Both the position numbers and the translations under genes were made by a program. Shown here piece by piece: positions 47,655 through 61,832 of a stretch of 64,000 nt of DNA. Source of the stretch: Squalus acanthias (lineage: Eukaryota); NCBI GenBank assembly GCA_030390025.1, contig CM059429.1, forward strand, positions 131,936,001-132,000,000. Direction: 5' to 3'. The notes below the pieces were generated by a model, which searched no databases, was not told the DNA's origin, and saw only the letters and a list, made by a program, of their open reading frames with translations. The stretch's first letter is position 1. Each line of letters opens with the position of its first letter.

Positions 47655-50305
47655 GGGAACTACAAAGGAAAAGAGTAGCAAAAGTAAACGTTGGTCCCTT
47701 AGAGGCTGAGACAGGAGAAATTATTATACGGAATAAGGAAATGGCAGAAACGTTAAACAAATATTTTGTATCTGTCTTCACAGTAGAAGACACAAAAAGC
47801 ATACCAAAAATGGTGGTGAACCAAGGGTATAATGAGGGTGAGGAACTTAGCGTAATTAATATAAGTGGAGAAAAAGTACCAGAGCAACTAATGGGACTAA
47901 AAGCCGACAAATCCCCTGGACCTGACGGCCGACATCCTAGGGTTCTAAAAGAGGTGGCTGAAGAGATAGTGGATGCATTGGTTTTGATCTTCCAAAATTC
48001 CCTAGATTCTGGAATGGTCCCAGTGGATGGGAAGGTCGCAAATGTAACACCTTATTCAAGAAAGGAGGGAGAGAAAAAACAGGGAACTACAGGCCAGTTA
48101 GCCTGACATCAGTCGTCGGGAAAATGCTGGAATCCATTGTTAAGGAAGTGGTATCAAGTCACTTAGAAAATCATAACATGATTAGGCAGAGTCAACATGG
48201 TTTTATGAAAGGGAAATCGTGTTTGACAAATTTATTAGAGTTTTTTGAGGATGTAACTAGCAGGGTAGATAAAGGGGAACTAGTGGATGTAGTATATTTG
48301 GATTTCCAAAAGGCATTCGATAAGGTGCCACATAAAAGGTTATTACACAAGATTGGGGCTCATGGGGTTAGGGGTAATATAGTAGCATGGATAGAGGATT
48401 GGTTAACGGACAGAAAACAGAGAGTAGGGATAAACTGATCTTTTTCAGGATGGCAGGCTGTAACTAGTGGGGTGCTGCAAGGATCAGTGTTGGGGCCTCA
48501 GCAATTTACAATTTATATTAATGACCTAGATGAAGGGACCGAGTGTAATGGATCCAAGTTTGCTGATGATACACAGCTAGGTGGGACAGTAAGCTGTGAG
48601 GAGAACACAAAGGGCTGGATTTTACCAGCCCTGAGGAGGCGGGACTGCTGGGAAAATCCCCAAAAATGGGAGTGGGTCCCAAACCCGCTCCCAACCCATC
48701 TTCCCGGGACTCGGGTCCCCGATCTGCGCAGGGACCCGAGTCCTAGCGGCGGGAAGAGGATTATAGCCACTTAACTGCCTGTTAACAGGCAGCTAAGAGG
48801 CTTTTTCCAATTTTTCGACTGCTGCTGTGGGCTTCAGGGTAAGTGAGGCGTGCTGTGGGTCTGTTGTTATGTTGGTGTTTGGATGACAGCTGCAGAAGTG
48901 ATGTGAAGCATGCCATCGGACACAGGTTAGTATCAGAGCTAAGGAAATGTTGTGAAAGTAATTTTTAATGTGGTTAGATGTTTCTGCAGGTGACAAGCTT
49001 TGAAGTGTTTGTGTAGGCTCATCTCATTGGGAGAAGTGACAGATGGCTTCTGCAATCTCAGCTGCAGCTGCCATCTGTTTTATCCTAAGGAGAGAGTAAT
49101 TGGAGAGCCTGGATGAAAGGGCTCACCTGTGTACAGTGATTGTCAGTGTTTGACAGCACCTCAATGCTGTCAAACACTGTCAAATCATCTGTCAAACAAG
49201 TGTGGTGCATATGCCTTTAAGAAAACTGGCAGATGAAGCGTCATCAACTGACGTCATCTGACATCGGCTTTCCCTTAATTGGCCGGCAAGCCCGCAGGGC
49301 GGGCTTAACAAGGCCAATCAGGGCAAAATAGCGTCTGTTCCTCAGGTGTCGCTGGGGGTGGGACTCGAACCCGGAAGGCAGCAGTCTCGCCCCCAACGCG
49401 CCTCGGTGAGTAAAATCCAGCCCAAAGAGTCTGCAAAGGGATATAGATAGACTAAGTGAGTGGGCAGTAAGGTGGCAGATGGAGTATAATGTAGGGAAAT
49501 GTGAGGTTATTCACTTTGGTAGGAAGAATAGAAAAACAGAATATTTTTTAAATGGTGAGAAACTTTCAAATGTTGGTTTTGAGAGAGACTTGGGTGTCCT
49601 CGTGCAAGAAACACAGAAAGCTAGCATGCAGGTACAGCAAGCAATAAGGAAGGCAAATGGCATGTTGGCCTTTATTGCAAGGGGGTTGGAGTATAAGAAT
49701 AAGGAAGTCTTGCTACAATTGTACAGGGCCTTAGTGAGACCACACCTGGAGTACTGTGCACAGTTTTGGTCTCCTTATCTAAGGAAGGATATACTTGCCT
49801 TGGAGGCGGTGCAACGAAGGTTCACTAGATTGATTCCTGGCATGAGAGGGCTGTCCTATGATGAGAAATTGTGTCGAATGGGCCTATACTCTCTGGAGTT
49901 TAGAAAAATGAGATGTGATCTCATTGAAACATACATGATTCTGAAGGGGATTGACAGGGTCGATGCTGAGAGGTTGTTTCCCCTGGCTGGAGTATCTAGA
50001 ACTAGGGGGCATAGTCTCAGGATAAGTGGTAAGCCATTTAAGACAGAGATGAGGAAGAATTTCTTCACTCAGAGGGTTGTGAATCTTTGGAATTCTCTGC
50101 CCCAGAGGGCTGTGAATGCTGAGTCTTTGAGTATATTCAAGGCTGAGATAGATAGATTTTTGGACTCTCGGGGAATCAAGAGACATGGAGATCAGGCGGG
50201 AAAGTGGAGTTGAGGTCAATGATCAGCCATGATCTTATTGAGTGGCGGAGCAGGCTCGGGGGGCCATATGGCCTACTCCTGCTCTTACTTCTTATGTTCT
50301 TATGT
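47655..50305 (+). mobile_element. CR1 LINE (family B-like), 5'-truncated, interrupted by a MITE
   Basis: RT pieces 47741-48610 and 49424-50213; cttatgttcttatg tail. Confidence 0.92.
48612..49423. mobile_element. PIF/Harbinger-like MITE inserted into CR1 RT
   Basis: Perfect 14-bp TIRs GGGCTGGATTTTAC / GTAAAATCCAGCCC; 3-bp TSD AAA. Removing it restores acacaaagagtctgc as in the CR1 at ~29715. Confidence 0.92.
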
Positions 50306-51759
50306 ACAAAGCCTTAAGATGTCAGAAGAATTGCATAAAAGATTTAAAATGATGACATAGTGTGGAAAAGTCATGCAGAAGTTGACAAACACCAAGATCA
50401 CTTTGTAAAGGTTATGCAAGTACCACTGGCACAGAATTGAGACGGCTGCATAAAAAGGACCATTTTGAGGAGTCTAGCTAGTTGGGAGCAATTCAGGAAA
50501 GGGCATTGGCAGCATACAAAAATACAAACAATTGAAGTGAGGTGGCTGGCAGACCATAATGGATATTCAAATTGTTTCAAAGTTTACACAAGACTATTCA
50601 TGTATTGAACACATCAATATAGTGAATTGCACTTAAAATGTTTAGGTTTACACTCCAAAACTTCTCCAAATTATTTCTACAATTAGATTCTAAACAAAAG
50701 GACAAAAACAAGAGGACTAGCATCGGTCAATATTGTCTGTGGGGATCTCATTTACTCTCCTGTCTCTCTGCAATGAAACAGGAGTAATTTTCCTCAGAAA
50801 AACAGCATTAACTCCTACTACCATACATGGTGTAACTAAAATAAACTTGATAGCAGTGGAATATTACAATTATTTACTTGTGAAGGCAGGCCACATAACC
50901 GTACAATCCTGCTCTCTGTCAGTTACTCTGTTGAATCTTTGCCAAACTTGTTAACGTGACTTGTTCCTTTCAGACTGGGTATTTTTGGAAACTGCACATG
51001 TCTAGACTGGTTCTCTTTCTTACCACAACTGATGCTGTGTAAAATAATGACAGGTAAGGGGGTGGGCGGATGGGGGTTGTGCTTTAACAGATTATTTGCA
51101 TGGGAGACTCAAATTTTCTAATAAATGTGTGTATCTGTATTCATAGCATTAGGTTAATGGTGGTACAACCACAGAGCGAAAGTATACAATATGTGGTCAC
51201 AATTGTACCCCAAAAAAAGTGTTGCGTTTCATTGTTTTATTTCAGGTATATTCCTGCAGGAGAGGAACCAAGCAGATACATGGCAAGACGCAGATCTGCC
51301 AAGTCTTATTTACTTTCAAGGACGGTGATTTTATTTTTCTAACAAATGTAGTATACACTTTCTGTGAATCCCATCATTAAAAAATATATTTTTAAAAACA
51401 GCTCTGCTCATTTCAGTAGATTTGCAATTATATTTTTTATGCCTCAACAAAATTTACAGATTGTAAGGGTCTGAACATCAACAACAGGTACGTCATCCAA
51501 CCATGTAGATGGCTGCAAGTTACTTTGCTTTCCATACCATCACTTTTGTAAGACTAGTTTACCATATAAACTCTGCACTAAGTAATGTCCATAGATCCAC
51601 CATTTTGAATTTTCAAATGTCACCAACATTTTAGATCAAAATATGGTAACAGTTTCATTTAAAGTTTTCTCATTCCTCCACAATTTCAGCTAGAATGAAC
51701 AGAGTGGATACTACATTTGTTACAAAAATAAAACGCAAAACTTTTTTTTGGGTACAATT

Positions 51760-51917
51760 GGCCGTGGTTTAACATCTCATCCAAAAGACGGCACCTCCGA
51801 CAGTGCAGCACTCCCTCAGCACTGGATTTTGTGCTCAAGTTCTGGACGGGCTTGAACCCACAACCTTCTGACTCAGAGGCGAGAGTGCTACCAACTGAGC
51901 CACAGCTGACACCCAGG
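51760..51917 (-). mobile_element. tRNA-derived head of a Deu-SINE
   Basis: A box TGGCTCAGTTGG and B box GGTTCAAGCCC, followed by Deu-domain sequence. Confidence 0.8.
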
Positions 51918-52084
51918 TGATCTGTGCGATGGTCAGTGTGGTATTCAAAAAAGTGATTGACGTACAGTTGTGTGAATGGTGTGAGATTTGCACTAACAAC
52001 CATAAATTTTCTGACCACATACATGGTACAAAAACATATTTTGGAAGACATCCAGTAATCAAGGGGTTAACTAACTGCATTTTA

Positions 52085-54095
52085 AAGAAATAACAGAGAA
52101 TAGACAATGGAAATGCAGTTGATGTCTTTTATATAGATATTTAAAGTATTTAATAAGGTGCCACATAAGAGATGCATGGCAAAGATAATGGCACATGGAA
52201 TTAAGGGGAATGTAGTCACAAGGCCAGAGATTGTGGGAGAGCAGAAAGGAAAGTTTGGGATAAAAGGAAGTATCTCAAACTGGAAAGATGCAAGCGTTCT
52301 CTATTGGGACCGATCTTATTCATTATAATGTTCTGGATTTGGGAATTGGGGGAACAATATTGAAATTTTTTGGGTCACCAAATTATAGGGTATAGCAAAT
52401 CATGACGAGGATTGTGAAAGACTGCAGGGGAACACAGATAGGTAACAGATATAGTTCAATGTAGAAGAATGTGAAGGAATATATTTTGGAAGTATGAAAA
52501 GAAGAAAATATACCTTAAATGGTATGATCTTAAATGGAGTACAGGAACCCAACTGTGCAGGTACACGTTATCAAAGTTATCAGAACAAGTAGCTAAGATC
52601 ATAAAAAAAACTAACAGAATCATTGGCTTTATATCTAGAATCATAGAATAGAAAAGCAAGTAATGTTTGAAATTGCGGAAGATCTTAGGTTGCAGTTGAA
52701 GTATTGTGCGCAGTTTTGGGCACTCCACTATAGGAAAGATATTAAAAGCATTGGAAATGGTAGAGCATAGCTTCATTAGGATTTTACCAGGAGTAAAGCT
52801 GGACTTGAGAAGTTAGGGCTCTATTCACTAGAGCTGAGAATGTTAAGGGTGACATGATAAATTTCTTCAATATTAGTAAGAGTTATGATAAAGTAAATAG
52901 TGATAGATTGTTTCCACTGGTTGGTAGGACAGCAACAAGAGGACAGAAATCTAAGGTAATCACGAAGAGAATTAAAAGGGAGCTTGGAAAACAATGGCCG
53001 TGATTTTGTCATCGGTGTCGGGTTGGGTGCGGGACAGCTGGTTTCCAGCTTCCAGTCCCGCCCCCAGCTGCATCTGCTCCACAGACGTGATTTTACCTTG
53101 ATTGACCTTGTTTAGCCCGCCCTGCGGGCTTGCCGGCCAATTAACAGGAACCGGGTCTGATGACATCATTTGATGATGCGTCATCTGCCGGTTTCCTTAA
53201 AGGGACCATGCACAATTTTATTTTGACAGTTGATTTCTCAGTGTTTGACAGCACTGAGGTGCTGAAAACACTGACAATCACTGCACAAAGGTGACCTCTT
53301 GCACCCAGGCTCTCCAATGACTCCCTCCATATGCTGGAATAGATGGCAGCTGCAGGTGAGGTGACAGAAGCGATCTGTCACTGGTGAGAGAGGTTCTCCC
53401 AATGAGATGGCACTGGAATATAGTCGGATTTAAAAACTTGTAAGCTAAAGAAATCTGTAAATGTTTTAAAAATGCATTACCCAACATTTTCTTTGCTCTG
53501 AAACTCACCATGTGCAACATTGGATCCTTCACACCACTTCTGCAGCTGTCATTTTTTCACAAACATTACACCAGACTCACAACATGCCACACTTACCTGG
53601 TGTGGTGTCCGGACGTCGGGAAACCCGACCAATAAGCGGCAAAATCCAAAAACAGGCTGAAAACTGCTGGCAAGTGCCTGTTAATAGGCAGGTAATTGCC
53701 TTTAATCCTCTTCCCGCCACTAGGTGTCGGGTCCATTCGCAAATCGGGGACCCGACCCTTGGGAAAGCTGTTTGGAGGCAGGTTGACGGCGGGATCGGAA
53801 CCCGCCGTCAATCAAATCGAATTTAACCTCTGACCCGCCTCCAAACCCGCCCTCTGAGCGCCGGCAAAATCGCGGCCATAATCTTCACAGAGGGCGGTTA
53901 GAATGTGGAATTCTCTGCCATAAACCATTGTTCAAGCAAGGCCCTTAAATTCAGGCGAATGGGGATTAAAGAAATATTGCAGGGTATGTGGAGCAAACAG
54001 GAGAGTGAGATTAGAATCGGTGGCCCATGTAGATATAAACACCTTGCCGATTTGATGGGCCAATTGGGTTGTTTGTGTTGTAGCATTATATGATT
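52085..54095 (+). mobile_element. Ancient degraded CR1 RT/3' end, interrupted by a MITE
   Basis: Residual motifs taaggtgccacataag, cagttttgggcactccactatagg and tgtggaattctctgcc. Confidence 0.7.
52996..53877. mobile_element. Harbinger-like MITE (inverted relative of 48612-49423)
   Basis: TIRs GGCCGTGATTTTGTC / GGCAAAATCGCGGCC; shared internal motifs (tgtttgacagcac; gcttgccggccaattaa). Confidence 0.8.
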
Positions 54096-55417
54096 TCCTT
54101 TCTACTACATAAAAGCAAAACATTGGAGGTTTGGCTCAAATTATCTCAGAAAATAAAATCAGTTTGTGTACACACCTTCTGATTGTTGATTGGTAAAAAC
54201 CTCTATTACTGCATTTGTTTTGGTGTTGTCTCAAATAAGTTGATAATCTATGATGAACTGGGAAATCCTTGAGATTAGCAATAACATTTGAAAAGCTTAA
54301 GACAAATTCTATGACATTTACTGTGCCATCTTTTAGGCAATTTCAAAATCCATCAGACATCTATGAACTCTTTCTAATGTCTACTGACTGACAACAATGT
54401 CTGTACACACTACTTGGGGGTGGGGGAAGGGGGGGTGGAAGAGTGATGCGGCAACACAACCACAACAATATAGCAGAAATAGTTGACCAACAATAATAAC
54501 ATCTTGCATTTATATAATGCCGTTATCAAAGGCAGAGGAGAAATTGGAGGTGTAAGAAAAAGGTTAATCAGACTGATGAAGTGTGCGAATATAAAACTGC
54601 TATTGATTTTTCTTTATATTAAGTAATGTTAGCATTTAGACTTTGTTAAGTAAGGAATATGAAGTTAGTACCTGCTTAATGACAGAAATCAATTGGAGAC
54701 ATACCATTGAATACTGGTTCTTAAGTTTGAGGGAGATTGTAATCATTGACAATGGGTGCAAGGACCACGCTTAGTCTTGCAAAAGAAAACATCTGGGTAA
54801 CTATCTTTCTAATTAAAGGTTACTGTAGAATGTGTGGGGATCAAGCTGGTGCTGAATGGTACAGAATCAAAGACAGACTTATAATTAGTAGTTATACTTT
54901 GTGGAATAGCAATTATATGTAATGAGAAAATATGTAAAATAATGAAATAAGGGAGTTATACTGATTTTATTAGCCCAATGGGAAAGAGCTTGTTAACTGA
55001 AGAAATTGATAAGGCAATGGTCCAATTAGATTCTCTTTGTACAGAGTTGTATTCCTGAGAATGCGGAAAGCAAGATGTTTACATCTTTAGCCATGTCATT
55101 CAATAGAAGTATTGTAAAATTACCCATTAGATGTGAACAAGATGTGATCAGATCTGTGTAGCTTACCATATATGAACATTTTGATAAGGAACTTGTAGCT
55201 CAGAAAATTATTTTTAAAAATGGCATTTGGATTCATAAGGTTTAATGAACCTGAATACTGAGCTCAGAACTGTAATGCATTTGAGTCCCCAACCAAGTGT
55301 GGTTATAAGTACTATCTTTTAAGTACTGTACTGCATGTATTGCATGTTTAAAAAATCTACGAACTCTTGACCTCAGCATTTAAACAAGCTTATTGATTTT
55401 TGAGGAATAGATATAAC

Positions 55418-56140
55418 GGGCTGGAATTTCCGCTAGGTTCTGCTGGTTTTCTCAGCGCAGTTCGCTCAAAATCGTCCAAACCAGTGCAAAAGATCGCGGA
55501 ATTTTAAGCGCAAATTATGTTCCGCGCAACTCGAGTTTCCGCGATCTTTTGCCCAAGTTTAAAAAACATCGCACCAGAAGCTGGCCCCGCCCCCAGATTA
55601 AATTAATCACCATTGCGAGTTTCCGCTAATTGCGCCTGTTTGTGGCCTTTGAGGAGGCTCTATAAAATTAAGCTTTTTTTTTAAGGGGCAAGCACACTAA
55701 TAGACAGACTTTTTAAATGCTTTCGAATATAATTTTTTAAAAATTTACTAAGAAACTGACTACTATACACCAATATAACTAGCAAATCGTTCTGTATAGT
55801 TTTTTAAAGTCATTTTCAGTTATTTAAAATCGGGTGACTCACAAGTGGTGGACCAGACACTCCAATTAAAATGCTTATTTTTTGTGACAAACCCATTTTG
55901 AGCTGTATTAATCAAAGTTACCACTCTTAAATAGATCACGGAATATTTTTAAAGGAACAATTTTAAACAATAAAAATTACATTCTAAAACGCTGCCCAAT
56001 TGCGCTGGTTCGTGACAGATTTTGCGTTCGGCGATGCGCAAAGGAGTGAGTGGAAACTTGAGGGGGAAAAGAACACTTCTCAAAACTGGCACAATTTGCG
56101 CCCGGATCGCCGATTGTGCCCAAAGCCCAAACTCTACCCC
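55418..56140. mobile_element. Harbinger-like MITE
   Basis: Termini GGGCTGGAATTT / AAACTCTACCCC; flanks AAC/AGC. Confidence 0.75.
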
Positions 56141-56189
56141 AGCATATTATCATAAATAAAAAACATCCTCTAACAGAGGGGTAACTATG

Positions 56190-58400
56190 TGGGTTTTAAG
56201 GAGGGTCTTAAAGGAGGTGGAGGGATTTAGGGAGGGAATTCCAGAGCGTGGAGCCTAGGTGACAGAAAGAACAACTGCAATGGCAGGGTGAAGGGGATGG
56301 AAAGCACAAGAGGCTACACTCAGGGGAGGTAACAGGGATAGAGAGGGGCAAAGCCATGGAGAAATTTAAACACAAGGATGAGAATCTTAAATTTGAGCCA
56401 ATGCAAGGGCAGAGTGAGGGGCGAGTAGGACTTTGTGTGGGATAGGACATGGGCAGCAGAGTTTTGGATGATCTGAAGTTTATGAAGGATGGAAGAAGAG
56501 AGGCCAGCCATGAGAGCATTGGAATAGTCGAGTCTAGAGCTGACAAAGGCATGACTAAGGGTTTCAGTGGGAGATGGGCTGAGTTGGCGGTGCGAAATGT
56601 TATGAAAGTGGAAGTTGGCAGTCTTAGTGATGGAGAGGACGTAAGCTCAGTGTGAGGTCAAATAGAATGCCGATGGCATGCACCCTCTGGTCCAGCCTGA
56701 GACAGTGGCTGGGAAGGGGAAGAAGTCAGCAGCAAAGGTAGATAGTTTGTTGTGCTGGCCAAAGACAATGGCTTCAGTCTTCCCAATCTTTAATTGGAGG
56801 AAATTGCAGGGCATCGAAGACTGGATGTTAGACTTGCACAGAGGCAGTGTAGGGGGCCGAGAGAGGTGGTGGAGAGATAGAGCTGGACATCATTAGCAGA
56901 AATCTGGAAGCTGACCCCATGTCTGTGGATGATGTTGCCAACGGACAGCATGTAGATGAGGAAGAGGCCAAGGGAATTCCTGAAGTGATGGTGCAGGGGC
57001 AGGAAGAGAAGCCATTGCTAGACATTCTCGGACTACACTTGGATGTAAGAGTGTAACCAAGTGAGGACAGTCCTACCAAGCTGAACAACAGAGGAGAGAT
57101 TTGAGGAGAAGAGTGTGGTTGAGGATAAAGAGATATTGCACCGTGGTTATAGTCACAGAGATTGTCATTCATGACCTTGGTTAGAGCCATTTCAGTGCTG
57201 TTGGAGGAGCAGAAGGCTCATTGGAGAGATTCAGATAGGGAGTTGCACAAGAGATGGGTGGGGATTTGGGAGGCGACAACACATTCAAGGACTTTGATGA
57301 CGAAAGGCTGGAGATGGGGCATTAGACTGAAAAGACAAAGGGATTGAGGGTTGTTTTTTTTTAGAAGAATGATGAAGGCGATTTGTAAAGGACATTAGTG
57401 AACCAATTGGGTTTTTACGATAATCCTGAAGTTTTAATCGTCATTTTATGGTGCTAGCACATAAATTACCAGATTTATTGAATTCAATTTCACAACTTGC
57501 CATAAACTCATAACCTCTGGGTTGCTAATCCAGTACCATAACCACTAGGTACTGTAATATTGGGAATGGGGTGATTTTACTGAGAGTGGAGTCAACGGAT
57601 TAAGAGGTGTGTCTCATGGATAAGATCAGAGAGGGCATGGACGAGATGGATGAAAAACTAGAGAGAGTGGGTTCACGCTAGGGCAGGTGGGGTCATTCCT
57701 GCGGGAGATTTGGCTTGGTGGGCAAAGGGAAGAGGGGTAGACACAGAGGAAGCTGAACAGATGGTCTCTATCTTAGTGACAAGGAGGTCCATGAGCTCCC
57801 TGCACTTGTTGTTCAGAGGTGAGGATGGAGGAGGCAGAAGAAACAGGTTTAAGGAAACAGTCAGTAAAAAAGACTTGCATTTATATAGTGCCTTTCACCA
57901 CCACCAGACATCCCAGAGCGCTTTACAGCCAATGAAGTACTTCTTGAAGTGTAGTCACTGTTGTAATGTAGGAAACACTGCAGCCAATTTGCACACAGCA
58001 AGCTCCCACAAACAACAATGTGATAATGACCAGATAATCTGTTTTAGTGATGGTGATTGAGGGATAAATATTGGCTAGGACACTGGGGATAACTCCCCTG
58101 CTCTTCTTTGAAATAGTGCCATAGGATCTTTTACATCTACCTTAGAGAGCAGACGGTTTAACGTTTCATCCGAAAGACGGCACCTCCGACAGTGGTGGTG
58201 AAATGAATCTGGGGGTTATCTTTGTTCTCCAAGATGATCATAGAGGAGTGGCTGGTTTTGGCAGAGGAGAATGAGGCCTAATGGAAATTGATGTGGTCCC
58301 GCTAGATCTAGTGATGGGTGTCTAAGCCACTTGTTCCGCAGATACACTCAAGTTTACGCTTTAGGGAGTGAGGATAGAGGGCATAGAAGGGGGAAGGACC
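56190..58400 (-). mobile_element. Long decayed L2 fragment with nested SINEs
   Basis: MALTKVMNDNLC..., HKLQIIQNSAAHVL, LHWLKFKIL. Nested tRNA-SINE-like piece at ~57395-57557 and Deu-SINE at ~57865-58195. Confidence 0.75.
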
Positions 58401-59364
58401 AGTATAGGAGACAGTGAAGGTTTTGCTAGGGACAAGGTCATCAAAGGCAGAGGAGAGGGAGTGGTTGAGCAAACTGACGGCTGCAATGGTATTGGAGCAA
58501 ATGGAGGGCCAGAGGTTAGGGATTTGGGACTTTGAAATGCAGTTGTAAACAAACTAGTCAAATACTGACACATAAAAATCATGGCAAAACAAATTAGAGC
58601 TACTACATTAAAGCATGTTTTACAATGCAAGTGTTTTCCTTTATATACTGAAAGCTGTTGACAGGGTTTACACAATTATTCCTAGTCACTGAGAACCAGA
58701 AGAGAATTCCAGTTACAACTGGAACAGCTGCTGCTGCAGAAACAAGATTAAAGCAGCTGAAGTGTAACTATATTGTAAAAGAGCAAACTCTGAGATTTTC
58801 ACATTTTATTCAAGATTTATGTTTAAAATTCCAGGACAGTTGTTGCTCCTAAAGGCACTTAAAAATTATATCATATTTACAGCTTACCGTAAATTTAAAC
58901 TGGCTATAAATCAGCAGATCTAGGATGGGTTTGTTTCACTGTGAAAAGACAGTTCGGAACCACTTAATTCAATTCTGCTGAAATGTCACGTTAAATTTCA
59001 TATTACTTACTTTCAGTTGTACTGAAAAATGAGAATTATGGAGAATCCCAGTTTATGTATGACTCAAATTGATTTGAATGGTTTTCCATTCAAAAAGTGT
59101 AAACCTGACATTAACATAAAATTTTTAAGTACAGTTAAGAAATTATACTAAGGACAATATTTTCAAACATTTAACAAACTGTATTTACATCCTCCATAAA
59201 ATTATGAATTATTTACATTGGAAAAACATTGCAGAATAAATAATGTAAGTTTTATAGCAAGTGACAAAGATAGAAAAGCACCATTAAAGCCACAGTTCTG
59301 AAACATTCACACCATATCTTGTTTATACAAAAATATACCCATTTACATTATCCTGATCAAATCA

Positions 59365-59370
59365 TTTATT
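59365..59370 (-). terminator. RPGR: Candidate RPGR polyadenylation signal (AATAAA); alternative at 58805-58810
   Basis: AATAAA on the minus strand ~260 nt after the stop codon. Confidence 0.4.
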
Positions 59371-59629
59371 GAAACATTACGCCATTACTGTAATTGAAAC
59401 CCTGCAAGAATAAAACCAATTTGCTTAGCATCAAATGTTTCATTACAGGTCTCCATAGACAGTGATTCTAATAACACTGATGCCTACATAGGCACATAAC
59501 TATTTGATTGTACATAAGTAGAAAGAAGCTACATTTTGGGACGCCGGGACGCCATATAATTAAAGTGCAATGTGTTCTTCTGAATTGCTTAGAAGGAACC
59601 TGCTACCTCTCCCTGCCCCTGTTGGTTCT

Positions 59630-59866
59630 TTACACCAGCACACAAGTAATTGATTTATATTTGTTTTTTAAATCACTCTGTACTGAATCTTTTTTGTTTT
59701 GATTAGATGAAATGGTGTCTCCAATATCCTCTGAAGAATTGATCAGATTCGGAACATCTGTTTCATCTCCAGTTGATTTTTCAATGGTTGATCCCTCTGA
59801 TTTTGTTTTCTTGTGCACTACCTTTGCTCCAGACCCTTTGGTGGAATTTCCTTTAAACAGTGCCAT
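59630..59866 (-). CDS. RPGR: RPGR constitutive-isoform terminal coding exon ending in a CAAX box (...NKYKSITCVLV*)
   Basis: Acceptor gtaattgcag, phase 0. The junction RTKN|MALFK resembles remembered human KTKK|IFLFK, and human RPGR ends KSCTIL. Lies upstream of SRPX on the same strand, as in human. Confidence 0.78.
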   Translation of the reverse strand: MALFKGNSTKGSGAKVVHKKTKSEGSTIEKSTGDETDVPNLINSSEDIGDTISSNQNKKDSVQSDLKNKYKSITCVLV

Positions 59867-60049
59867 CTGCAATTACACCGGGAATCATCATTTATATTGA
59901 GGTGCATGGGTAATACGATTTTTTAAAGAATAGATATATCAAATAAAATATACACGTGTTTTCAGTCAATATGAATATTTTCTTATATCTAGGAAAAAGA
60001 TTAACCACAGGTTTTGTTGGTGGTATTGATTAATCAGAGTAACATCCTT

Positions 60050-60625
60050 ATTTGCCTGTTTATATGCCTTTGTTACCTCTAGTCTTAACTATTCCAATGC
60101 TCTCCTGGCCGGCCTCCCATCTTCCACCCTCTATAAACTTAAGCTCATCCAAAACTCTGCTGCCCATATCCTAACTTGCACCAAGTCCCGTTCATCCATC
60201 ACCCCTGTGCTCGCTGACCTACATTGGCTCCCGGTTAAGCAACGCTTCGATTTTAAAATTTTCATCCTTGTTTTCAAATCCCTCCATGGCCTCGCCCTCC
60301 CCATCTCTGTAACCTCCTCCAGTCCTACAACCCTCCGTGATATCTGCGCTCCTCCAATTATGGCCTCTTGCGCAGCTCCGATTTTAATTGCACCACCATT
60401 GGCAGCCGTGCCTTCCGCTGCCGAGGCCCTAAGCGCTGGAATTCCCTCCCTAAACCACTCTGCCTCTCTACCTCTCTTTTCTCCTTTAAGATGCTCCTTA
60501 AAAATCTACCTCAATATCCCCTTAAGTGGCTCGGTGTCAAATTTTGTTTGACAACGCTGCTATGAAGTGCCTTGGGATGTTTTACTATGATAAAGACGCT
60601 ATATAAAATGCAAGTTGTTGTTGTA
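60050..60625 (+). mobile_element. L2 3' fragment
   Basis: LADLHWLPVKQRFDFKI...WNSLPKP; (GTT)n tail. Confidence 0.88.
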
Positions 60626-60904
60626 AAAACCAAGGTAAGGAAAACTAAAATGATGGCACTGGCTAGATAATTGGCTAAAAACCAGAGAGAGAGGGTAGCC
60701 ATAAATTGGAGCTTTTTAGGCTGGTAAGAGGTTATAAGCAGGGTACCCCATGGCCTGGCCGTGGGACCCATCCTATTTCAGTACACTCTACGTAAATAAA
60801 GCTATTGTAAGCAACAAAGTTTGCAGATGATACAAAAATAGGAGGCTGGGTAAATAATGAGGCATTGCAACCAAATTCAGAAGGATAATATCCATCAGAT
60901 ACAA

Positions 60905-61146
60905 TACATAGGAATATAGGAACAGGAGTAGGCCAATCAGCCCCTCGAGCCTGTTCTGCCATTCAATAAGATCATGGTTGATCTTTATCCCAACTCCATC
61001 CACCCACCTTGGCTCCATATCCCTTAATACCCTTGGCTAGCAAAAATCTATCAATCGCAGATTTAAAGTTATTAATTGAGCTAGCATCTGCTGCTTTTTG
61101 TGGGAGAGAGTTCCACACTTCTACCTCCCTTTGAGTGAAGAAGTGT
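60905..61146 (-). mobile_element. CR1 3' end nested in an older plus-strand CR1 remnant (~60640-61320)
   Basis: FFTQREVEVWNSLPQKAADASSINNFKSAIDRFL; cctat tail. Confidence 0.75.
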
Positions 61147-61529
61147 GGATACATGAAAAATAACTCGTATGGGAGTAAGGACTGAAAGCACAAGCAAGTT
61201 AGTAGGGAAGCCTATTCATGTACACACTATAAATAGGTTCAAGAGACAATTAGATGCATTTCTAGAGAGATAGGAATTGAAGGACATGTTAATAGGGCAG
61301 GTAGGTGGGGTTGATATCCGAAATGGGTTGAGATAAATCTTAGAGAGCATTTTCTCAATAAATGTGTGGTGGCACTAAGATAAACAGATGTTGAAGGTCC
61401 CAGGAATCATTATAAAACTGACCAATATTTCAGCTATCCAGCCATCCCCATTAGAAGCACATACGTGCAGATATTGTGTTAGAATTGATCAGGCTATTCT
61501 TTGATAGCTGACACCAGAAATATGCTGCA

Positions 61530-61832
61530 TAATTTAATCTGTGCCTAATTAGCAGGTATCGGTTCCATTTGACTCAGCATCCCTAATCTATAGAGGGGGC
61601 GGGGGGGAAAACGTGCCAAGGTTTCTGTTGCTGATTGCTATCCATTAACCCTGTTCATGGTTTCTGTGGACATTGAGTCAGGACTGGACTGAACTCAACT
61701 TTGACAGCTGACACTCACACATGAAGAATGGCCACTGGTGAAGAGGCACAGGAGGGCTGCTGGTACCCATGGAACCATACACCAACAAGACTGGCCACAT
61801 TTAGAAGAGGAGCAGTAAAGGTAGAAAATTGA
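61530..61832 (+). mobile_element. LF-SINE-like element
   Basis: gactcagcatccct...ctgattgctatcca...ctcacacatgaagaatggccact...ggagggctgctggtacccatggaacc. Confidence 0.7.

Noticed and set aside
51845-51917. tRNA gene
   Set aside because: The A/B boxes run directly into Deu-domain sequence; it is a SINE head, not a complete cloverleaf.
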